Of a stretch of DNA of 64,000 nucleotides, positions 58,973 to 64,000 are shown piece after piece. Made by a program: the position numbers and the translations under genes. The first letter of the stretch is position 1, and each line of letters begins with the position of its first letter. The notes under the pieces are model-generated. The model saw nothing but the letters and a program-made list of their open reading frames with translations. It was not told where the DNA came from and made no database searches. Source of the DNA: a virus; the IMG/VR virus record IMGVR_UViG_3300045125_000034, positions 81,205 through 145,204 of that record, one strand, 5' to 3'.

Positions 58973-59002
58973 TATTATACCTCATCACCAAGCACGGTGC
59001 AA
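58973..59002 (-). promoter_or_regulatory. Sigma70-type promoter for gp32
   Basis: TTGCAC-17nt-TATAAT on the minus strand. Confidence 0.7.
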
Positions 59003-59007
59003 GTGTT

Positions 59008-59626
59008 TACTCACAACTTCTGCGATGATTTTCTTCATCTCCGCTAGCTTCTACTCTCAAGTTTAAGAATGGAGGTAAACCTCAAGAGTGGCACTCCAAC
59101 TTCTTTCCCACACAGGGTCGTTGTCGGTGTCCCATCTCATCGGTGAAGTTCAAAATGTCGTTGAGTACCAAGAAAGTCCGGGGGCTATGCTCTTTTTGTG
59201 GTCACAGCCTCAAATACAGGGGCGGCGTACCCATTCTCCTTGGGCATGAACAGGGCAGTAGAAACGGTCAGGCTTCTCTCCTGCCTTCTCCCACAACTCT
59301 CTTGATGTCTGTTTTTAGTGGTGTTGGTTAACGCCTGAATCCTACCCAATCCCCTGCGGTGTAGATCGTCGGCTTCCCTCGGAGAACATGTCACCTATCC
59401 AAGGATCGGTCTTGCCAACAAACTGCGATAGGGAAAAACTCAACGAGGTCCTCCTTCTGAAGAATCGCTTTGCCATCTTCTCAAAGTAGTAGCGGTCTTT
59501 CCTGCTCTCAAACGCCTGTGGGGTCGTGCGAGTCCTACCGTGGACATTGTAGTTAAAGCCCTGTCCCTTGAAGTGGGCTTTCAAACGCAAGGTAGGTCTG
59601 ATAGACCTCGTAGGGGTTCATCATCA
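59008..59626 (-). CDS. gp59: Helicase loader gp59
   Basis: PYEVYQTYL.LKAHF..FESRKDRYYFEKMAKR; position between gp33 and gp32. Confidence 0.85.
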
Positions 59627-59860
59627 TAAAAGGCAGTTTGGAACTCTTCTTGACCATGTTCAGTTTTTTTGACTCTTCAGCCTTTCAGTCTTTCCTTCGA
59701 TTGGCTTGGTCAACAGTTTCGCGGCGGCTTCAGGTTCAATCCCATGCTTTCTCGCACAGGTCAACGATCACTTCAACATATGTGGTGTCTCTTACGGCTC
59801 TTGTACAACTCTTCAACCTCTCGGCAGAAGTCGTTCTTGTAGGTTTATGATGGAACCCAT
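59623..59860 (-). CDS. gp33: Late promoter transcription co-activator gp33
   Basis: EVEELYK..TTYVEVIVDLCEKHGIEPEAAAKLL..EAEE..LNMVKKSSKLP. Confidence 0.8.
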
Positions 59861-59884
59861 CTCACTCCTCTCTTGGTATTTTGG

Positions 59885-60067
59885 CTAGGTTGCCGTCCTC
59901 TGAGTAACTGCATTACGGAACTCCTCGTCAGAGAAAGCAAGGTGATTTCCTCTCTCTTGCAGCATGATGTGAATGACATGCTCAAAGCCATCACCCAACT
60001 TGGCAAGAACAGACTCATCGGGCTTGTCTATCCCATCTTCAATCGACAGGCTTGGTCGGCTCTTCAT
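59885..60067 (-). CDS. Small hypothetical protein
   Basis: Intact 60-aa ORF filling the gap between the exonuclease and gp33. Confidence 0.5.
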   Translation of the reverse strand: MKSRPSLSIEDGIDKPDESVLAKLGDGFEHVIHIMLQERGNHLAFSDEEFRNAVTQRTAT

Positions 60068-60767
60068 TAGCCGATAGCAGTCTTTTCAACCATTTCATTG
60101 ATAGTCCTCTGTAGCTCTTTGAAGTTGCTGTTAGCCCAATAGTTCTTGATCGCAAGGACCAAGGCTTCCTCTTATAGTCCTCGGGCTTCTTCTTGAACAC
60201 TTGGGTTGTGCCATCTTCTGATGTTATCAAGATGACTACTCTGCGGGAATTCTGTTCGTTGTAGTTCTCTTAGCCACATGTAGGAGCACGCGGCGGTCTG
60301 CTCAAAGTAGCTTTGGTGGATCCACTCCTCTCTACGGAATGTTCTAGCAGTCTTGAAGTCTATCACAGACAGAACGCCGTCATAGACTCCGATGCAGTCA
60401 AACCTACCTGCCATGCGTAGGCTATCGGAGCATAGTTGCATCTCCTGTGCCTTCCACATACTGATGTTGTTCAGGTTGGGAACGAGTTGGTCAAAGAGAG
60501 CCTGCGTCTTCTCGTCATCCGCCTTGTATTCACTTCACCGCTGAGGTGTTCTTCCACCATCTTGTGTATTCGGTGGTTCCTCTCACGCATACGTTGCTTC
60601 GCTAGTCTTTCGGTTCTCGGGGTTCTTACGCCACTCCTTCCAAAAGTCCTTTCTTGGCAAAGCCCGTGACCGTGAGTCGCAGACGGATACCAATCTCTCT
60701 GTTCTGGGGTGATTGGTAGAACCGACCCATACCATCTATCTCAATTGACTCTGATCTTCAGTTCCAT
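60064..60767 (-). CDS. PD-(D/E)XK exonuclease (T4-like phage, Cas4/MGME1-like)
   Basis: GRFYQ..WYPS..RGTEY.KMVEEHL..LRMAGRFDCIGVYDGVLSVIDFKT..YFEQTAA. Confidence 0.85.
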
Positions 60768-60776
60768 GATATTCCT

Positions 60777-61552
60777 TTAAAATGGGTAAACCAATCATCA
60801 ACCCTTAGATTAAATAGCGTAGCGATTAATCAGATAAGCCATACCGTATGTGGTTTGGTCATCGTCAATACATTCTTGATTTTAGTGACTGATCCACGAC
60901 TTGTTCGACTAAAGGTTTGAAACTAAGCATTGCATTTTTTTGCATGCCCCAGAAGCAACTCTCCTGAATGCAAAACATCATCGGCAAAATAGGCTGATCT
61001 ATCAAAAAGCATACTTGTGTGGGACTTTAAGCCCAACAACAAAAAACTCTATTTCCTGATGCTGCTTTGACTATATGTTCATCTCGTAAATGAATACGAG
61101 ACATGCGGTCTACCGTGTCCGTAATCCAAAATCAATCCATCCGTGGTAAGGTGTGTCAAATTCTTGGCATGGACCTTTCTTACGAAAGAGACCTTGTTGA
61201 AGTTGATGATGTTGTACTCTGGGTATTTGTGTTCGGGTATATCGTGGAAGATAATTGATTCTTCTGTAAAGTTCCGCAGTCATAACCCTTTTGGTTCTGT
61301 CGTAGAACTTTGATAGAACTCTAGTTCGTTGGGTGCGACAAGAGATGATCTTTTGTGTTGGGTCGGTCTTTGACCACCTCATGTATCTTCTCTCGGTCAA
61401 TCTTCGTCGCAATAAATCACCATATTGCCCCCAACCTGCGACACCTTAGAGAAGCACTTTAGGTAATGCTCGCCGGATTCTACCGTAGTCAGTTGCCAGC
61501 TTGTTCTGCCTATGTCATAGTAGGCAGTAGAAAAGGTTATCAACTCGCTCAT
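60777..61552 (-). CDS. HtrL/YibB (WlaTC)-family glycosyltransferase-like protein, frameshifted, AT-rich
   Basis: ITFSTAYYDIGR, PEYNIINF.K, YHGWIDFGLR and IDDDQT motifs. Confidence 0.7.
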
Positions 61553-61817
61553 CAGTAGTTCTTCTTGTGTAGATCAGCTTCGTGGGTTGTTCTTCTTGGA
61601 TCTTGGAGATAACTCTCCTGAAACCCACTATCGGGTCTACGGATACCAAGACGAGAACAGAATCTATGCGACGGCACAGAAGAGGCATCCAACTCGGCTA
61701 CCTTCTCGCCGCACTTTTGGGCATGGCTTTTTTGTTGGCTTGTTACGATTCGCTACCGTGTAGAAATCGTCCCATTGATAGGCTACAAGCGTTGCACTTG
61801 TATTCGTATAAAGGCAT
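61549..61817 (-). CDS. FmdB-family zinc-ribbon protein
   Basis: MPLYEYKCNAC...GFRRVISKIQE. Confidence 0.7.
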
Positions 61818-61844
61818 GATGATCTATTATGTATCTATGATGAC

Positions 61845-62415
61845 TAGGGTGGTGGGAGTAAACCAACGAGTGGACGAACTCGGCTCTTCCACTTGGCAAA
61901 ACCCCTTCTCTTTCAATGTTGTAGTAACTGCGATAGGGCTGATACCGTGTCGCCTGAAATTCTTGCAATTGGTCGGGCATAGCTCAGGTGGCTGCCGGTA
62001 TTTCGGTCAAGCCTTTGGACTTTGATGTTTTGGGGCAGGGTGGCCAGCAGAGTCTTTAGGTCAGACTCTACCTTGTGTACCTTACCGTACCTGTAAAAGC
62101 GTACTCGTCCATGAGGTGAAACTTGTCAGAGGGCATAAAGCCACTCGTAGTTTTGCTTGGACTCTCTTGCCCAAATAGCAGATGGGTGGTTTACATGAGT
62201 GGCAAAGTACAGCCGCTCGTTTAGCACAGTGGTCAGGAACAATCCATCGCGTAACCTTCCTATTGGTCTTGGACACAGACAAGACTTCTTCTGCCATCCA
62301 TCACCCGATGGGCAGTAGATAGCAGTTGAGCGTACTCAAGAATTCATCTTATCACAGTTTGGTCACAATGGTACGCCGCTGTTTTGGGGCAGGTGGCCCA
62401 CCCGAAGATGTTCAT
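61845..62415 (-). CDS. Pyrimidine-dimer DNA glycosylase/endonuclease V-related family protein (MNIF..KMILEYAQLLSTAH type)
   Basis: MNIF...ILEYAQLLSTAHRVMDG, MPDQ..YRSYYNIE.KGFAKW; low-quality sequence. Confidence 0.65.
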
Positions 62416-62488
62416 GGAGAGGATGAGGGCCACATGCATCCTGCCAAGGCAAGGTTCCTGTGTCGGTTTTCACACCCGTGAGATTTTA

Positions 62489-62765
62489 ATTAGTCCTCTC
62501 GGACTCGTCATCGTCAAAGACGAAACCATCATCATCGTCAAACCCTTCGGTGGGTTCATCGCTGTTGTGGCTAGACCAGCTTGTGTTCCTGCAATCGTTG
62601 GTCTCGTCATTCGTTCGGTGGTGACGGGGGATCGGGAAGAGTCACTTCAATATCATCATCATCGCTGAACTGATGCTCATCATCATCGTAGCCATCCTCG
62701 TCGGGGTCAGCATCTCGTCCTCTGCGAGAAGTCTTCAACATCTTCATTCATCGGATCAGCGTCCA
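62489..62765 (-). CDS. Small, highly acidic protein
   Basis: Asp/Glu-rich codons (DEDGYDDD..DDDGFVFDDESERTN) after an AGGAG RBS. Confidence 0.5.
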
Positions 62766-62769
62766 CGGT

Positions 62770-62980
62770 TGCTCTCCTTCTTGGCCACCGTAAGAGACCA
62801 TCGCATTTGATCCACCGCTGCTCGTAGGGTGCGTGTTCTCAATGGTGTCGGGTTCGTGGAACGAGATAAGATACTGAGGACCGTACCGGAGCATCACGCT
62901 CGGTGCGGATAACCATACCTGCTCGCTCTTCGAGTTACACCAAACCTTCGTACCCGGGCGAGATATTCATCCTGTGCCAT
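62770..62980 (-). CDS. Small hypothetical protein
   Basis: AAGGA RBS, then MAQDEYLARVRRFG.., downstream of the leftward promoter. Confidence 0.4.
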
Positions 62981-63038
62981 AGGTATCCTTTGCTAAAGCG
63001 GGTTTTCGCAACAAGCGACCCCAAATGCCCAATAATGA

Positions 63039-63099
63039 TAGTAACACAGACAAACCAAAAGTCAAGGGCTTGACATCACTTTTTTTTTGAGGTTATACT
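63039..63099. promoter_or_regulatory. Back-to-back divergent sigma70 promoters
   Basis: + strand TTGACA (63070) to TATACT (63094); - strand TTGACT to TACTAT. The two -35 boxes form the palindrome GTCAAG-GG-CTTGAC. Confidence 0.7.
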
Positions 63100-63106
63100 A
63101 GATCAC

Positions 63107-64000
63107 ATGGCAACGAAAAATTGAGCAGCGAGTATTGGGGTAGCGAGCCACCTTGGGATCCACCTCCCGAAAGACCCCAAAGACCCCAAGATCGCCAGCA
63201 CATTGTGCATTGCGGGGCGGTCCAATGGTGGTCTACAACATGTCGGATACCGATGACCACAAGAAGTGGGTCATTGAGTGGATGTCCGATAACAAGTACA
63301 AGGCTGATGCCCTCGCCTCTGTAAAGAAGTTGGCTGATGTCAGTCTCTATCCGGGCGATAACCCCATCTGCCCGTAGGCATCATTACAGGTCCAATAGCA
63401 CGAATGCTGACCTTGGCAAGCCCTCTGATGCCCCAACAGGTAGATTCCTTCCGTAGGGCTATCCTGACCCTTATAGAGAAGGGTAAGAAGCAGAAGGACT
63501 CTCCCGTGCCTGCTACCGCGGGTGCGCGGGCGAGTGTGCGAGACTATGTTAAAGATCAGGTGCGAGACCTCATTGAGGAGATTGAGTTAGTGTACGACTC
63601 CATCCTTTTGGGTAAGCCTGTGAAGTGGGGAATGCTCTGACTTTGTGAAGCAGCGGAGCATCAAGCCCATGCAGGCACAACATGATCGCGGATTGGTTTG
63701 ACCATTCGTTACAGGACATCAAGTCCGTGATTGATGGATCGGCAGACGATCAACTGAAAGAAGGCTACTCTGTCTACACTAAGGCACAACTAAAGAAGTG
63801 CATGACTTGGCTCACGCAGGTGGTAGATACCTGTAGAGAGATGAAGCGACCGACCCCCATTCGCAGGGTTCGCCGCAGGAAGTCTCCGATTGATAGAGTC
63901 AAGGCAGTTGAAGCGGCGCAGCACGAAAAACGCGAAAGCGTTTCACGATAAATGCGAAAACGGTTAAACACCACCGCCGATGGCAACTGAACGAAGCACA
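63107..64000 (+). CDS. Conserved hypothetical phage protein, frameshifted, probably 3'-truncated
   Basis: MATKKLSSEYWGSEPPW..; DDQLKEGYSVYTKAQLKK..RRVRRRKSP, a pattern seen in T4-like genomes. Confidence 0.6.

Noticed and set aside
60064-60767. Cas4-like nuclease as evidence of a phage CRISPR system
   Set aside because: It is the ordinary PD-(D/E)XK exonuclease of T4-like genomes near gp33/gp59; no array or cas genes were seen.
60780-61110. ORF-free AT-rich stretch as a non-coding RNA or origin
   Set aside because: It carries the frameshifted 3' half of the HtrL-like gene (IDDDQT motif on the minus strand).

Overview
The window is a fragment of a large T4-like (Tevenvirinae/Kyanoviridae-type) myophage genome. 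The read is indel-rich, so almost every gene is split into several ORFs by single-base frameshifts. Genes below were rebuilt by hand across frames and their boundaries are approximate. Layout: (1) 1-8000, + strand: tail-fibre/adhesin cluster ending in an LRR protein and a sulfotransferase-like gene. (2) 8113-11598: class II ribonucleotide reductase nrdJ, a GC-rich early gene and a RuvC-like resolvase. (3) 11584-51600, - strand virion block: three very large paralogous Gly-X-Thr collagen-like fibres with Cys-rich N-termini, three 'MSE[LI]KVN' short fibres, a DUF4815-type giant structural protein, gp8, gp7, gp6, gp25, a holin-like TM+GAF protein, PAAR gp5.4, gp5, hub, gp53 and gp48. (4) 51640-57950, + strand: gp4, gp2, gp54-like, gp26, gp51 and tape measure. 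(5) 57978-62980, - strand: gp32, gp59, gp33, exonuclease, HtrL-like glycosyltransferase, FmdB-like protein and a pyrimidine-dimer-glycosylase-like gene. The most unusual signal is an elaborately decorated virion. The core baseplate wedge gp7 carries a GH56 (hyaluronidase)-like barrel and two Planctomycete-type dockerin/EF-hand motifs. A tail-collar domain is split by an insert with about 50 or more cysteines. The collagen fibres have variable Cys-rich tips. G-x-T-G/A motifs are scattered through non-collagen structural proteins, and the window also encodes candidate glycosyl- and sulfo-transferases. No tRNA, CRISPR array, reverse transcriptase or intron was recognised. All family calls come from motif recognition, not database searches.
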